DNA of 57,519 nucleotides, from NCBI GenBank assembly GCA_049999805.1, contig JBNGIO010005227.1:1-57519 (forward strand). The letters run 5' to 3'. Positions 1-14,660 of the stretch are shown piece by piece. Under the pieces are notes generated by a model, which saw nothing but the letters and a program-made list of their open reading frames with translations, searched no databases and was not told where the DNA came from. How positions within the stretch are numbered: the first letter of the stretch is position 1; every line of letters begins with the position of its first letter. The stretch is from Folioceros fuciformis (Eukaryota). The position numbers and the translations under genes were made by a program.

Positions 1-1169
1 ACTGGTGACCACGGACGGTGGGGAGGGGGAAGACTAGAGTCCTGGACTGTGCAGTCCAGTGCACAGTGCGCGATGCGGAGTGGAAGAGTGGGCGGGATCA
101 GTGCAGTACAGCAACGCGCCCAGAAGCGTCAGTGCGAAGAGGGGCCGCAATTGAAGCAGGGTGCAATTAGTTAGGATGGCGGTAGCCAATGGGAGCAGGC
201 GCGCGTGACCTTCTCGGGAAGGCCGGGTGGGGGGACAGAGCTCTGACCACTAAAGCGGAGGTGTCGGGTGTGGAGGAGGCCCACCGACCACCTTCCTTCT
301 CCCTGTCCTTTCCTGCCTTATCTCTCGCAGCTCGCTCGCCAGCCGAGTACACTGTATGGGTGTATGTACAGTATGGACAAGTTGGACTCCGACGCCGGTT
401 GTTGCCTTGCAAGCCCTTGGGTCTCGTTTTGGCGGCGGCGCCCACGACCTAATTCTGTTTCCAGTTCCCATCCTTTCCATGGATGGTTTGTTTCTTCTGT
501 TCAACCGTTGTGCAGGTCAAACCCGTTGTTCCCAGGGGTCATGCGCATGCGCATGCGGGCTCGGGTTTGGGAAGACTTGATGACATAAGCATGTGGGGAT
601 GTGGCAACTTAGGGGCCGGCGCGGGTGCATGGATGCATTGGGAGCTGAAGCGCAAGCGTAGGGATCCAATGACAGGGCTGCGGCTGGAGGTTACTAATTT
701 CGGGAGGAGGATCCCAGTAAACTGTGGGGAGCACATGGCAAAGCGACGAGCGAAGTGGTGGTTGAGTAGGGCAAATGAAACGTGGGAGCGTGGCAGAGTG
801 GACAAAAAAACATCCGGCGCCGATGAGTTGCGGTCACACTGGGCCCGACTGCCGCCTGAGCTTTGGATGGAGCTGGTCGAATCACGAATCAGACACCGGG
901 TTGTGGAGCACCGAATGTGAACGACACGGCTGCGTCTTCCTGTTGCTCCCGGAACCTAGAACGGCCCCACTGGATGCTGTACGCAGTGCGCACTCAAAAA
1001 TTTTTGTGCGCGAAAGGGGAATTCCGAATCGGGTGTGTGGGCTGTGCACAGGTTGGGAATTCGAAGTGCCTGCCTGCACAGTGGTTTCGGGCAGGCTCTG
1101 GGCTCCCGGGTCCGTTCTTCTAGGGAGATGGGGCCGGTAATGCATCCTCGTGTACATAAATGTACAGTA

Positions 1170-1480
1170 TCTGCTGTGCTGTGCCCTGCTGTACTCTGCT
1201 CTGTTCTGTTCTGTTCTGTTCTGTGCTGTGCTGCTGTGTTCTGCTCTGCTCTGCTCCGCTCTACATCTGCTCTGCTCTGCTCCGCTCCGCATCTGCTCTG
1301 CATCTGCTCTGCTCTGCTCCGCTCTGCATCTGCTCTGCATCTGCTCTGCTCTGCTCTGCTCTGCTCTGCTCTGCTCTGCTCTGCTCNNNNNNNNNNTCTG
1401 CTCTGCTCTGCTCTGCTCTGCTCTGCTCTGCTCTGCTCTGCTCCGCTCTGCATCTGCTCTGCCTCTGCTCTGCTCTGCTC
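1170..1480. repeat. (CTGCT)n / (CTGTT)n pentanucleotide microsatellite, interrupted by a 10-N gap at 1387-1396
   Basis: Directly visible run ctgctctgctctgct...; it accounts for the spurious AEQSR/LLCSA ORFs in all frames. Confidence 0.95.
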
Positions 1481-1899
1481 AGCTGGTGCAGGATTTGAGC
1501 TGTTGCGCGGCCCTTTTTGCCCTGCCTCCTTCCTTTCAATCAATGTTGATTGCGCCTGTCTGCTGGCTGCGATGTGCAGGGGGCAACATCGTGCTCCCAC
1601 CACTGCTTTTGCTTTTCTGCTTCCCACTCTGTACCCGTACCGGCTCCTGCATTATTTGCATGTGACCACATCCGGCTAACTTTTCAACTACTGCTCCTCC
1701 CAACGTGCCTTTACTTTGCTTTCCGGATAAGCAAGAATTTAGTCATAGCGTACAGCTGGTGAGCTCCTCTAACTTCGTACACCAATTCACTTATCTTATT
1801 TCTGCATACTCAACTTTGTTACTTTTATTGTTTTTCTTTCTAGGTTTAAAACTGATATATCCAGTTTTACTCTAAAAAAAGATTACATTGAAAATATAT

Positions 1900-2870
1900 T
1901 GTTTTGAAAGGGAAAGAATTAGGATTAGATTTTTTAGTTCAGCTCTTACTTTAGACCTCAAATGATCCCAAAAGAAATAGTCAATACCAATGTGATGATA
2001 GTACGTATAAAAAAAATTCAAAATATACTCGAACTCAAAATACACAATCAGAATTGGATCCAATAAAGAAAAATTCTCATAGTGACTCACCATTGTACCA
2101 CATGACAGTCCACTTGGTAGTGGAGTCACTTTTGTACTCATTTGGAGTTGTTCTATTTTGATATATTCCATGTACTTGATGGCACGTCTTGAGAGACTTG
2201 AAGTGTGGCTTGTACACCTTGGGAAGAGCCACAGCTTGTTGTGATCTTTGAGACTTAAAATGTGACTTCTACACAGGGGAAAGAGTCACAGACCCTTCTT
2301 CCGATCTTTGCCCTGACAAGTCATTGAGAACCTGCAAGACATGACATCCTGTNNNNNNNNNNCTTTGCCCTGACAAGTCATTGAGAACCTGCAAGACATG
2401 ACATCCTGTGAAAGGAGCTATTTGGGGAAGGAGCATGGCACACCTCGTGAACTCCTAGGAACATGAACAGGAATATGAACAGGAACAAGCACTCGTAGAT
2501 TGCAGAAGCGTCTCCAGGCTGCCCAAGTACACTGATTCTGTAGGTGTTGTCGTCATGTGCCATATTTATCATGGATTGAGACAGTCCAAGAGTGTGAGAA
2601 CTTGGGAAGTTACTTCACATCTTTGGAGCCACCGAGTAGTGTGGAATCCTCCAAAGGGAGCCCTTGTCCCAAGAGGATAAATGAGCCTGGATAGCATGTC
2701 AGGGTTAATGTGTGGAAAGACACTTGGAAAGGTTTGTACATGTACAAGGCGGGGGCATTTATGATACATGGCTAGGCCATTGTTTAAAAGGAGGTGTTGT
2801 CCTTGAGGTTTGTGGAAACCCAGAATAGAATGGAATAGAATAGAGTAGAGTAGGGTGAAGCACGCCATGT
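1900..2870 (-). mobile_element. possible degenerate hAT-like transposase relic
   Basis: The minus-strand fragment FHTTRWLQRCEVTSQVLTLLDCL resembles the TRW motif of hAT/ZNF862-type transposases. Frames are broken and no TIRs were identified. Confidence 0.2.
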
Positions 2871-3731
2871 TTCATTACTATTCTGTAGTTTGAAGCATCG
2901 CTTGTACAACAAGTTCATCAATTATTCCTTGCTTGTATCCTGACTCAATTTGCATTTCATTCCTTGCTTGTACCAGCTTCTACTCCTCTCTAAGGCAAGG
3001 GGGGGATCATAGCTCACTATGTGAACTTGGCCATCTGCGTGGCCTGCTCCCCTACAAAGGTTAAATCATAGCACATTTAATAAGCGTGAGACAAGTAATG
3101 CGGTGGAACAGGACGACGAACCTTTCCTTGCCCACGTGGCCCTAGAATGTGATAGATGTTAAGAGAGCGGGCCCATTTGTACTTTTGGATCGCTCAACAA
3201 GTCACGGCTTCCCAAATAGACTCCAAAGGTGAAAGGTGAAACAATTGTGAGCCGTAAAGAGGGAGGTGTTCGTATCGTGCCTCTGTACCTACCCTATATG
3301 CAAACATTGGTTGGACATGAGCCTGGGCCAGCCACCGCACAAGGGGCCAAGAGGAGGAAGATGGAAGGGCTCAACAACCCTTCACCATCTCGTGGGCAAC
3401 GCTCCTGTCCGGGATTCCCACTGCTTATACATTCATTCAATTATTCACCTGCAACAGGAGCCGCCTCCGAGTCAGTCTGCATCGCGCAGCCAGACCCGCT
3501 GCTCCAGGCACGTGCATGCCGATTGTATCGCACAAAAAGGGTCCCAGTTTGTGGGGGGTGAGCGCGATGTCACACTCATCATGCACTCAGGCCTGCCATG
3601 GGCAATCAACCACGCTCTGCATGCCGGCTGGCGTGGGGACAGACAAGTCACAGCCTACAACCTCCGTGTTGTTGGCTGTTCCCACTTCTGCCAACAAACA
3701 ACTGGGCGTGGGAGTGGGCGTGGGCTGGGCG

Positions 3732-4410
3732 TCATTCGATGCTTTCGTCCTGAAAAGAGTCCAACTCTGTGTCCATCCCCTTGAGCCGCTCATCGCCGCC
3801 CCAACCCGAACCTTCCTGTACTTGGTGCTGATTGGAGTCGCCAAATCTTGACTGGGCTGCTGAATGGCTTGCGGCTACAGATTCTCCGCCCATCGCCTCT
3901 GTCGGTTCCTGCTTCCTGCATCCACACGTCCTCCCGAGACACAGCCAAAAAGGTCACCAATTTCACATCACACGAGCAATGTAGGATTAGATTAGAGTAG
4001 GAATACGCCGTCCGTCCGACTTCCTTGCTGTTGGGCTGCAAATGTCTTGTGCCCACGATCCCATGATCGCATCAACCATCACCAAACCCGATCTTGGTCT
4101 CACTTGTTATGGACAGCCTTCACCCCCTTGTGTAGACGTACATCTACTAAGCACTACAGGCAAGCCAGCGTTTGAGCTGCGCTGCAGGACCTGTTCCCTG
4201 TGAACCCCAAAACGGCTGGCATTCCAGACACACCCAAGTACGATCCAGTCCCAGGGTAAAAAGCACCCAGGCAGGAGATTAGCATCCTGGTGGGCCACAC
4301 GAGTCACATCTCAAGGAGCCATCGCAGGCTCATACACGTCCTTTACAGCAAAAGCAAACCACACAATCAAGACACAGCTTGCTATTGGAGCTGAGACACA
4401 CCCTCCACAT
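3732..4410 (-). CDS. putative small multi-exon gene of unknown function (missed by the ORF track)
   Basis: The acceptor tgcag at 3916 opens a stop-free last exon, KQEPTEAMGG...RLKGMDTELDSFQDESIE* (stop 3732). Candidate upstream exons are 4035-4009 and ~4143-4104 (VRLHKGVKAVHN). The 5' structure is unresolved. Confidence 0.3.
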
Positions 4411-5319
4411 GTGCAACAAGACGGCAGACAACGCCTGGTTGGGCCGTAACAACGTCACGCTTTTGGATTGCCGCCGAATAGTCCTATGCGCGGCCCGTAA
4501 GTTTCATGACAACTCAACATGCAGATGTCAGCTTCTCCATAATGTGAAACCTCCAAACGAAAACATTAACAAACCCTGGGGCACGTGAAGGCAACTACAT
4601 ATGGTGGCCAACTTGTGCCGTGCATCTGTCACCTGCGCACTGTATTCTTCGAGCTATTTATGCTGGAGTGTACCTACCTGTGTACAGCAACTATCAAACA
4701 AGGGACCACCCCCTTCTCGCTAAAGTCTCAGATGACAAATTGCTCCGGCAGCACAGGTGGTGCGCGCAGTTACTCCTCCCAGACTGACTCCAAGCAGCAG
4801 AAACGTCAACAAACAACGCCCTACATCACCCATACAGACAAATGTTACACCGTCTCCAGGAACTCCCAGCAAAAATCTTTGATACTGGAGCCAACATCTG
4901 CGAGTTACCCACTCGAAGTCTCGTCAGTACCGTCAGCCTTAAAACAAAATTGAAATGGACAACTCAGCAAATCGGAATCTCCTCCCGTAAGCAAGGCCAG
5001 CGTCGTTTGGAGGCGTCCATAGCCTAAAAATTCAAAGGCGGAAGCCAAGAACCTTAAGCAAATAAACAGTGGCTCATCTTCAGAAGGAGATGAAAACAGG
5101 TTATTTCAGCTGAACTACACTGCTGAATCTCAAGCCTGCCGGCTGGAAACTATCTTGCCTAGGCAGATCGAAGAACAACTATCAATCACGTGTACGCTGT
5201 GCAATGAATTCCAGCATACAGCCTATCACCTTCACCCTCGTCAGAAGCTCAAAGGAAAATGCACCCCACTAGAGTGCCAATTGCATCCCAGCCCGAAGCC
5301 TACTACTTTACATGAGCTT

Positions 5320-8300
5320 CTATTGCTTGAAAAAAGTACCAGCCGTGAGGGAAGAAAAATCATAAGCAGCCCCAGATGAAGGATTTAAACTGGAGCTAAC
5401 AGGCTTAATTGGTGCAGCTTGAGCATGACCACTGAGGTTCACCACATTCCCGGGAAGGACATGAGTTACCCCAGGTAAATATTGACCTGGAAAGACTGGC
5501 ACTGCAGAGCTTTGCAAGCTGCACAGCCAGAACGATCAGAGAGACGATCAGCAAGAGGAAAGGAAGATCCTCTACACCTTCAGTCCAGGCAATCTGCGTC
5601 AAAACCATGTCGTATTCTTGGTTCCATAAAATAAAAAATCAATCTCACAGCAACCACAACATACTGTCGAGACTTCCAGGTGGTTGCTTGAGTACAATAG
5701 CATGTCATGGTTAGCAATGATCAGCAAGAAAAGAAGGCCAGTCTCGTGGCAAATTCTTCTTCCAATAAAGCAACATACCTTGAGAGACCCCCAGGTGCTT
5801 GGGGAGGCACAAATGAAGGTACGGACCATGACGGCAAAGCTCCAGTCTGCATGACGACAAAAATAGTCAGCTCCTGCACTGAACAAACTGACCACAAACG
5901 GCCGCAGTGATAACAATATGAGTCGCAACTGAGCTTGCTCCTTCATGAAGAAGAAGTTTTCCAACTCACAAACACCCCAGCTTCCAGACACTGGGACCAC
6001 CTAGTAGAAACAATGACTAGGAATGTAAAACACACTAAAGGAGAAAACACCCAATTCCAGACAAGTTGCACCCAACCTGAATAGGGGGCTGTACTCCATT
6101 TTGGATTCCTCTATTAGGAGTCAAGAAAGCCCCAGGGAACTGCTGATTACCAGCACCCCAGACATTGGCGGCTGTTACACCATGACCATTTGAGAGCCCC
6201 AGACTGTCGTCTTTTCCATGTGACTGTTGATTCCCCTGTAAGAAGGCAGGAGTCTGCATTCCGGGTGCTGGGCCAGCCATGCGCACAGACTGCTGTTGTG
6301 CAAACATGCCGGCCATTTGTTGTTGATGCTGTGCATATGGTGATGCCATCACAGACTGGAATAATCACAGCATCACATCACCGCAGACATTAAGCACTGT
6401 CACTGGAGAAGTGCTTACAAAGACAAACCCCAAAACGCCAGAAGGAAATCAGTTGTACTATCTTCTGAGGCTTACAGTTTCGAATAGACTCAAAATGTTT
6501 TTGCGTATATTGTCATTGGAGGGTTGAGGCTTTTCCTGTGCAGGCTGGAGGGCTTCTGCTCGTCCACTAACTTCGGGGGAGCCTTTGAAGAGGTCCTCAA
6601 GATCTGCTGTGATGGGGTTCTTCGTGGCAGAAGTAGCTCCCTGGCTCTGGTCTGAAACTTTTGTTGTCGATGGTCCTGAAGCACTTCCACTCTCCACTGG
6701 TGCAGAAGGTATATCCGCAGCTGCTGACAATACAATAGTTTCCCAAGGTTAGAAGCTGCCAGCAACCAAAAGACTAACGACTCCTGGGGGGAGACCAGTG
6801 ACTTACACTGGAAGGCAGCCCAATCGTCACTGTCATTGGATGTGCCTGTGACAGCATCATCAACTTTCAGGAGCTCGAACAGATTGGCTGTTTCTTCTGG
6901 CTTTTTTGGAGCACTTGGGACAGCAGTCTGAGTCACTGGTGGCTGTGTTAAACCCCTCGAACCAGAAGCTGAGCTGCTGCTGTCAGAATTGTCCTGGAAA
7001 ACATGTATCGAGTGACTAAAAACCGATGACCAGAAGCTCTGTTTTACGTACACAAACATGATATTGCAACATTTGGTGCCTACCGTTGACCGAGTAGGAG
7101 AGGCCTGTGACACTGAAGTCTTTGATGTGGAAGGGGCGGGGGAGGAGGAAGGAATCGAAGGGCGGCTTGATTCTCTACCCTCAGCAAATTGATCGGCTGC
7201 CTGTGCTGATCCTCTCCTGCTGGCTGCTCGATGCTCGTTATCTCGATCTCCGGCACGAACTCTAGTCCCATCTTCACTTCGCTCATATCTTGCAGGACTG
7301 TCAGAATTTGACCGTTCACGATCACTTTCTATTCGCCTTCGATTATCCTCTGATAATCTCCTAGATGCACGCCTCTCCTCATTCCTGCTACTCTGGGGCA
7401 CCCACCTCTTTGCTTCGTATCTGACATCACCACAATTGCTTTGAGCACAAAGCCTACGGAAGAAGAAAGGAACCTTAACACCTGGGAAACCCTACGTACT
7501 TTGCACGAATGAAAGTCTCAAGTCCTGCGCGATCATTCTCTGCAGGACGCTTAAAATTGGGAGGCAGCTCTGCCTCCCAGTAGGTGTTGGACTTCACATT
7601 GCCCATACCTACAATCCATCGAGGTATACGATTTCATAAGTGGCGTGTTCACACAGCCCGCATAGCCACCGTAGAATTAGAGTTCAGGCAGTACCATCTT
7701 GAGTCACATACCTTGCATCACCCCAACTTGCTCCGGGAGCCATGTGTCAAGAGTTGCCGAGCGCACCTAGCAACCAGAAAAACATGTACACTGGTCAGCT
7801 AATCGGAAACAGAATCCAGCACTTAAAGTTCACCAAAACATTCAGGGTCCCAGATGAGTGTTCAATACCTTCGAGATATGCACACCAAGGCTCCGATGTA
7901 TCCCAGAGCACTGTATGCAGACAAAAATACCCAGATTCACACTGGCCCACCTCGGTCCCCTGTACCACAAATACGAGCAATAAGCAGCACGTTCGTGGCA
8001 CCAACCTCCTGACCCGCACACCTACTCGAATCGAAGCCTACCACACCTTGCTCCATACATCCAGGGACAGTGAAACATACTTGCTCTTGCAATCCGCGCA
8101 TTCCTTGTTTTCAGGCAGTTTCATCAATGTCTCCAAAATCTGCAACAAGGCACCTGCTCAGAAGATGCTAGCAGGGACCTGCCGAGAAATCCCAGCACAG
8201 CTAGACACACCCAATCACACCCTACAGAATCTGCAAGGGTGCCAAGCTGGCCGGGTTCACAATTCAGATCCACCCCCACTCCGGCAAGGGTGCCACAACA

Positions 8301-8487
8301 AATGCTCTCATCCCGCAGGGCTCTAGGGCTAGCTCCACCCTTCCTCATTAGAAGGGACCAGAATCAAAGCCGGGCAGCGGCGGCCTCTGCCTGCACGGGA
8401 TCCGCAGCCTGGCATCGGACTGGAGTGGCTCACCTTGCGGTTCTTGTCATTCTGCTCCTTAGTGACGGAAGCCTTCTCCCCAGACAT
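5320..8487 (-). CDS. AGD5: ADP-ribosylation factor GTPase-activating protein, AGD5/NEVERSHED (SMAP)-like, multi-exon
   Basis: Spliced exons read [82 protein letters not shown]..., giving the ArfGAP CxxC-x16-CxxC zinc finger. Also DDWAAFQ, a Q/M-rich tail and the C-terminus [14 protein letters not shown]. Confidence 0.92.
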
Positions 8488-11400
8488 GGTGCCCCGCTTG
8501 CGCTCCTTCCCGCTTCCACCTTGAACCCGGCCGCGGCCTCAGTGACGTCGAGCCCGACGTCTCCCAGCGGCCAAGGCGTACAGAGCGCGCTGCTACTGCT
8601 GCCTTTGTCAGATGAAAGGCGTGCCGTGACAAAGCGCCAGCGGGAAGCGTAGCAGCCCGCCGTTTTCCTGTTGTGATCTGGCCGCGTTAACGCGAAACTG
8701 AACTCGGTTCCGGAACGCGCTCCTGACGCCTGACTGGTTGGGACTTGCGGGGCTGGCCGTCCCGTCACGGGCCTGACTGGCCAGGGGCAACGGCACGAAA
8801 ATACCATGGTGATTCAACACCTTTCTGTAATACACTCTTCTCTCTTCTCCTCCTTGATTCGTCGCCATCTCTTCGTCTCCTTCCGTTGTCCGCTTCTGTT
8901 TACTCTACTACTACACTTCTACACATGTCTGAATGCGTTTCCACTTTATTAGCGTGAGTAAGGTTTCACGACCACCCAGGCATGCAAGTTTAGGGCGAGC
9001 TGCATCTGGAGCGACTGGTGCATCCGAGGACCAGGCATGCTTGGCATGTTTGTCGTCCTCCATCAGGTGGAAGGTTCCCGTGGAGAAAGCTCTGCAGTAC
9101 TCTGGAACGGACACGCTTGAAGATATGATGAAAGTAAAGCTTGAAATTTCGATGCTCCCGATGCGCACTTCCTAAAGCACAATGTCGCCTGCTGAGAAAC
9201 GAACCCGACACACACCAAGGTAGTAGGACCAGAAGTGGTGTTCGCGGTAAATGATGCGTCCGCTCTGGGAGACGAAGATGGTTATCACCAACAAGAACAA
9301 ACTATTGTCATTGAGAGAACCACAGAGATGTCGATTACGGCACAGGAGCAGGCTCCCTCAAACGCAGCGCCATGGAGCATCACAAGTACAGCAAAGAACC
9401 TGGAGATGTTTCCAAAGATGAAGACCGACCTTCCCGAGCTTGAGCATGAATCCCTTTCCAAGCATTTCACCCGGCTTCAAGCCTTTTGCATGGTTGCATG
9501 CACAATTCCGTGCTGGTCCACGCGAAGAAGCTTATGGAGTCCATAGTTCAGGCCAGATACCCCTCCTTGTACACTCACATCTTCTTTGCTCTGTGCAGAG
9601 GTACTTCGTCCCTCCTCTTCGGACGGGTCGGCCCACCCGCCACCAAACCTTACTGGACGTCCAGCTCGGCACAGAAGGAAAAAAAGAAAAACCATAACAT
9701 GTGCCCGTCATACGATCGTGTGTGTGTAGGTGTGCAGAAAAAGCGGAATCCAATCCTGCCCTTCCTTTTTTTTGCCTAGCTTCTCTGCCTATTTTTCCTT
9801 TCTCTAGGGTTTTGCCCCCGCTCCTTAATGTCCGCCGGACGGTTTCTCTCCATATCTTCCATTCCTCTTCGTCACGCAGGCATTCGCCAAGAGGGGCTGC
9901 CTACGGGGATAGCAACGTCCTTCCACCAATGCTCCTCGTCTTCGTTTGTGGCCTTCGTGAAGAACTCTGTGGGAGCTGTCTAGCCCGCCAGTCGTGTTCC
10001 TGTTACCCAAACTTTGAGCTCCCTTGTCTAGAATTGGGAAGTTTTGTGATCGTAGTAGGCGCTCCTCTCCGGAGGGTGGCGCATCTCTCAATCTCAGTTG
10101 CCCTGCCCGCGGAGCTTCCGAAACAGCCGCTCCAAGAATCCTGTTTGCGACCAGAAGCTGACTTAGGTCGTTGCCAGGGGCAGGATCAGATGGGGTCATG
10201 GTGCCTCCCATGCGAAGTCCAGCTCTCCGGATGTGCAGGGCGAGGCGGGGAATGGCTATGCGCACACCATGTCACGAGGGTAAGTATCTCTGTGCTCGTT
10301 GGAGGCCTCGAATCTCTGTCTTAGGCAGCCTTTTGTTTCTCAGTCTCTGTCTTGTGTACCGTGGAGAAGGATTTAGTTGTGGGGTTAGAAGCTATAGATC
10401 GGGATGTCAAACTTGTGCGGGTAGGCTAGAGGGAGCCATGCATGTGCATGCTAGGGTAGGCATACCGAAGGAAGCCATGAGATGCGTTGGTGAGGATTGA
10501 AAGCGAATGCTCGCGGGTTTGTAGCTGCCCCGTCCAGCATGAGCTGGAGTTTGAATCTGCCGGAGTTCACAACGTAGTCGAGTCTTCCAGGTGACCATGA
10601 AACTTGGGTTACGGCGTGGAGGATGATTGACGTGTGAAGACCTTTAAGGACGACGCTGCAAGGTGCAGTGTCCTTCGCGTTGTCCCCTGGCTATGTACGT
10701 CTTTTATCTCACTCCCCATTTCTTCGCTCCTTTCTTTGCTGGCAGGATGATTGCTCTACAACCGCGGTCAAGTTATGGAGCAGTGCATCAAGCCGAAGGG
10801 TTGTGAAGGGACGCTGAATATGTGTACTCGAGCTTCCACGGGCTGCTTCGCACTTCTTTTCCACGTATTCTGAGGGATTTTGAACACGAAATTTCCTGGT
10901 GCAACTTGGTTCCCCAGTATCTATGGCATGTTTCTGGGTTCCTTGGCCTATGGTTCTCTTTGATTCTTACCTTTCCAGAACCTCCTGTAGTTGTCATGTT
11001 CTTCGGCCCTTGCTAAGAAACTTCTGTTTCCTATGATTGTTATGTTTATCCGCAACAGGTACCAGGGTCTCCAAACGGTCTATATGCTTCCTTATTATTT
11101 GAGGTGGTCATTGCCATGTTGCTCGGTACCAGTCACCAAGGTCTCCAAAAATGTTAGAGGCTTCCATATTATTTGAGATGGTGCCCCAGTCGTGGTGGCT
11201 TTCCTGCCTCCATGATCGTTTGAGGGGGTCATGGCCATGTCGCTCGGGAACAGTTGCCAAGGTCTTCAGAAAATTTGGAGGCCTCCTTATTCAAGATACT
11301 GGCCCAGTCCTGGTGGCGGTCCTGCCTCCATTGTCATTTGATGTTGCGTGGACAAGGAGGTCAATATTAGTGACTCAGGTGAACAGAGATGTATGTTGCA

Positions 11401-12964
11401 AGAGAGGGTTTTTGACGTCTTTTGCAGATGCATTGACGTGGTGCTTGCCACACGGGGAGTGAAGTGCTGTGGAATCTTGCAGCGTACCCAAGAGGAATTG
11501 TAGGCGCATCGTGGTGCTGGGTAATTGTGTAAGGACCTGCAACATGCAAGGAAATGTTGAGTAGTGTGGAGACGCAACAGTGGTAGGTAGCGCAGCAACT
11601 TAAGATGGGATAAGACTCGGCGAGGGCAACAAGAAGATCCTTACATTTCCTTCATGGACTTCCTGATTTTCGTGGGTTGGCAGGAAAATATCATCCAGTT
11701 TCAATAGGTCTGTGGGAGGCAGTGTACATGGAGCCCTTGAGGAGTGATGTGGCAAACTACATCGCATGAAGACGAGTTGATTTCCCAGGGACAATTGACC
11801 TTCCTTGTTGGACTAAGAAGAGAATTAGATTGGATGAAAGGATTACACAAGTGGACGTCAATGAGAGTAATGGGATTTGTATCATACACAAGACAGAAGA
11901 TGGGAGGAGATCCCCCTACGCCCTCCCTATCAACAGAGTAGTAGCCTTCATGACAAGAGGATCACAGGAAGGTCACAGGTCATGACATGAGAATTACAAG
12001 CCATGAGCCCGAAGAATAAAAGCTCTCGTTGTAGGAGGATGGGAAGATTACAGGTCCTGATGTGAGGATTTCAAGCCAGGTCTCAGAAGGGCTGTGCCTC
12101 TCGGGATAGGAGGATTGGCAGATTACAAGTCATGGTGAAGGATTGGAAGGCTACAAACCATGACAGGAGGATTGCAAGCCAGGACCAAGAACGCGCAGAG
12201 CATAGATAGCTTCTATGACATGAGGTGAAAGCTGATTATTAAAATTGTTGGGGTAGGCCATTCACTCGAGGAGCCATACCGGATCGCAATTTCATCACCC
12301 ATGAGGTCAAAGAGAAATTTTGGAAGTCCACTGAAAATTTTTTCAAGCCCGTTAACGAGGTTGGAGACACCGGATATTCTTTTTTTTTCTGAGTACCTAC
12401 GATGTCCTCCTATGGAGAGATGGAGGGATTCTTCTTCTGAAGAAGCAGAAGTTGCATGATAGTCTTCCAGGTGTTTATTTTGAGGAAGTGGAAATAAATA
12501 TACAGATACACCTCCGAAAACTTTTTTTTCCTTTCTCAAAATAAGCACCCGGGAAGGTTGCTATGCATTTTCTGCCTCTTCCGGGTAACAATTCTGTCGT
12601 CCTCTCCATCAGTGGACAAGGTAGATGGTAGGGAAATATTGTCACGTTCTACTGCATTGGACTTGAGAAAGGCCTCCCTTGAGTTATTCATTATACTACT
12701 GTATGAGATGCTGGCCGGAATTGAAAGATCCCCACTGAACTGTTGTAAATGGCCTGCTCGTCTCACCTGGGAGTCCTTTTGGAGGAAGTTACGTGTCTTG
12801 GGTCTTTTTGATTGCATATCACTCCACGGTGAGCTCTGGATTAGAATATGCGTAGTGCCTCCCATACGCCTATCACAATTTTATCTAATCTTTTACTGCC
12901 CACAAATGACAATTAAGATCCTTAAAAGATGAACGGCCGAATGACACGTGAATATAGGCATTCT

Positions 12965-13123
12965 TAAGAGTAGGGCCCTCAGCTCCTCATTGTTGGAAGA
13001 TTGTCCGTCGTCTTCTTGTTCCACAGCTAACAGTATGTTGATATAAGAGTAGGGCCCTCAGCTCCTCATTGTGGGAAGATCCTCCTCCGTCATTCTTCTT
13101 CCTCAGCTAGCAGTATGTTGATA
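12965..13123. repeat. ~79-bp direct tandem duplication
   Basis: taagagtagggccctcagctcctcattg...cagtatgttgata occurs starting at 12965 and again at 13044. Confidence 0.9.
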
Positions 13124-14660
13124 TCGTTCTTTCCCTCAAGAGTAAAAATCCCCTTCAATGGCTTCTTGTCCTTATGGTCCCACCGCAACAAGTCAGCTGC
13201 AGCTCATAGCTTAGCTCCCAAGAAGATGCGTCACCTTGTATCCCTCAAAAAATATGCACTTCCATTCTCGCTATGCTTAGCCTACCAAGCAAAACCTTCT
13301 TCCAAATTTTGTGGAAATTAAGGAGCACGCTAACATAGATCTCTTCCATTTCTCAGGGCTTGCAGCAAAACAGCCCGTCCTTCTCACGGTAGCTCTCCCA
13401 TGAGTTATCGTTAACCTGGCTATCAGATCCCCGAAACCTTACCTGGCTGCTTCTTGCACTCTCCTCGCAACGAATTGTTAAGTGGCTCAATTGCTTCCTA
13501 CAGCGACTTGCTCGTTAATACGTCCCCCAGCATTCACCTCGGCAAGTAACTCAATCTCCCACACTTCTTAGATGCCTTCAGGCTCCTAGCTCCTGTGGCT
13601 TGGCCATAAAATCAACTGTGTGACCTGCAAGCACTCCTCCAACTAAATGACGAGGACACTCTCAACACACAGTCGAAGTCTGGTTCTCGGTTAAAGAATT
13701 GCAGCGCCTATCGTGCTATTCTCCTCAGGCAAGCCAGCGTCCGTGACCATTCACGTACACTCCTACCTGGACCAGCGCCACACGCCAGCTCGCTCTCACT
13801 GTAGTTGACGCCTTCTGTTATCAGACCCTCCGCTGCTAAGCTGCCTCACTGCTCAGCACTTCCTTACGACCTGCACTTCCTGACACACGTACCCAGGTCT
13901 GAATTCGTCTACGAGAGGCCATGAGGTTCTTCGCTGACCGGACCTTGCTCTCTTGGAGACTTGGCATGCACAGTGTCTCCACGAAGAACGCGAAAACTCC
14001 GTATTTAATGTAATATAATATAAAAATTCTCTGATTTATAAACCAACTTTATTAGCCTCAACGGCTGGATGATGTTATTCTTGCAGTGTCTAGGAAAGCG
14101 CGCCTTAACGGTTGTTTTTCTACTTCTAGGCGGCTGTGGCGGCAAGGAAGGAGGGAGATACCTTCGTATTTCTGGAAAGAGTGTCAATTTGAACAGCCAC
14201 TTTTTAATAAACCCTAAATGCCTTTAAAGTTATTATTTTTTGACATCGCTGTAAATTATGCATATGTGAATAAAATTTTACGCCAGCATGTTGACGGTGG
14301 CTGACGAGGACAGCATTCAATTAAGAATGAAGCACACACCTTGTGAATTTGAAACAACCTCACACCTATTGTATGACATGTTGCTATAGATTGAAGGGCC
14401 TCACAAGATAATGAGACTAGTGGTCTAGAAATTGCACCCTTGCGGAGTGAATCATCCTCCCTAAACAAGATTACTAGAAACACAATAGAAAAGATTCCAT
14501 TCTAGGAGCCAAGCATGCTCCAATGGTATTGAGGGCTTCACAACGCTCTCTAACACGACTTCAACAAATGACTTGGAACTAGCATGCTGGTGCACATTTA
14601 TGACCTTAAGTTTTACCCATGTTCCGATATTACCATAGCTAAGGTCTCAAAGGGAGGACA

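Noticed and set aside
988-1011. Short hairpin gcgcac..aaaaattttt..gtgcgc
   Set aside because: Too short, with no accompanying Helitron or MITE termini identified.
882-1679. Long AEQSR- or LLCSA-rich ORFs
   Set aside because: Translations of the (CTGCT)n microsatellite, which lacks stops in all frames.
2306-2409. 47-bp exact direct repeat flanking 10 Ns
   Set aside because: Typical unmerged contig overlap at a scaffold gap, not biological.
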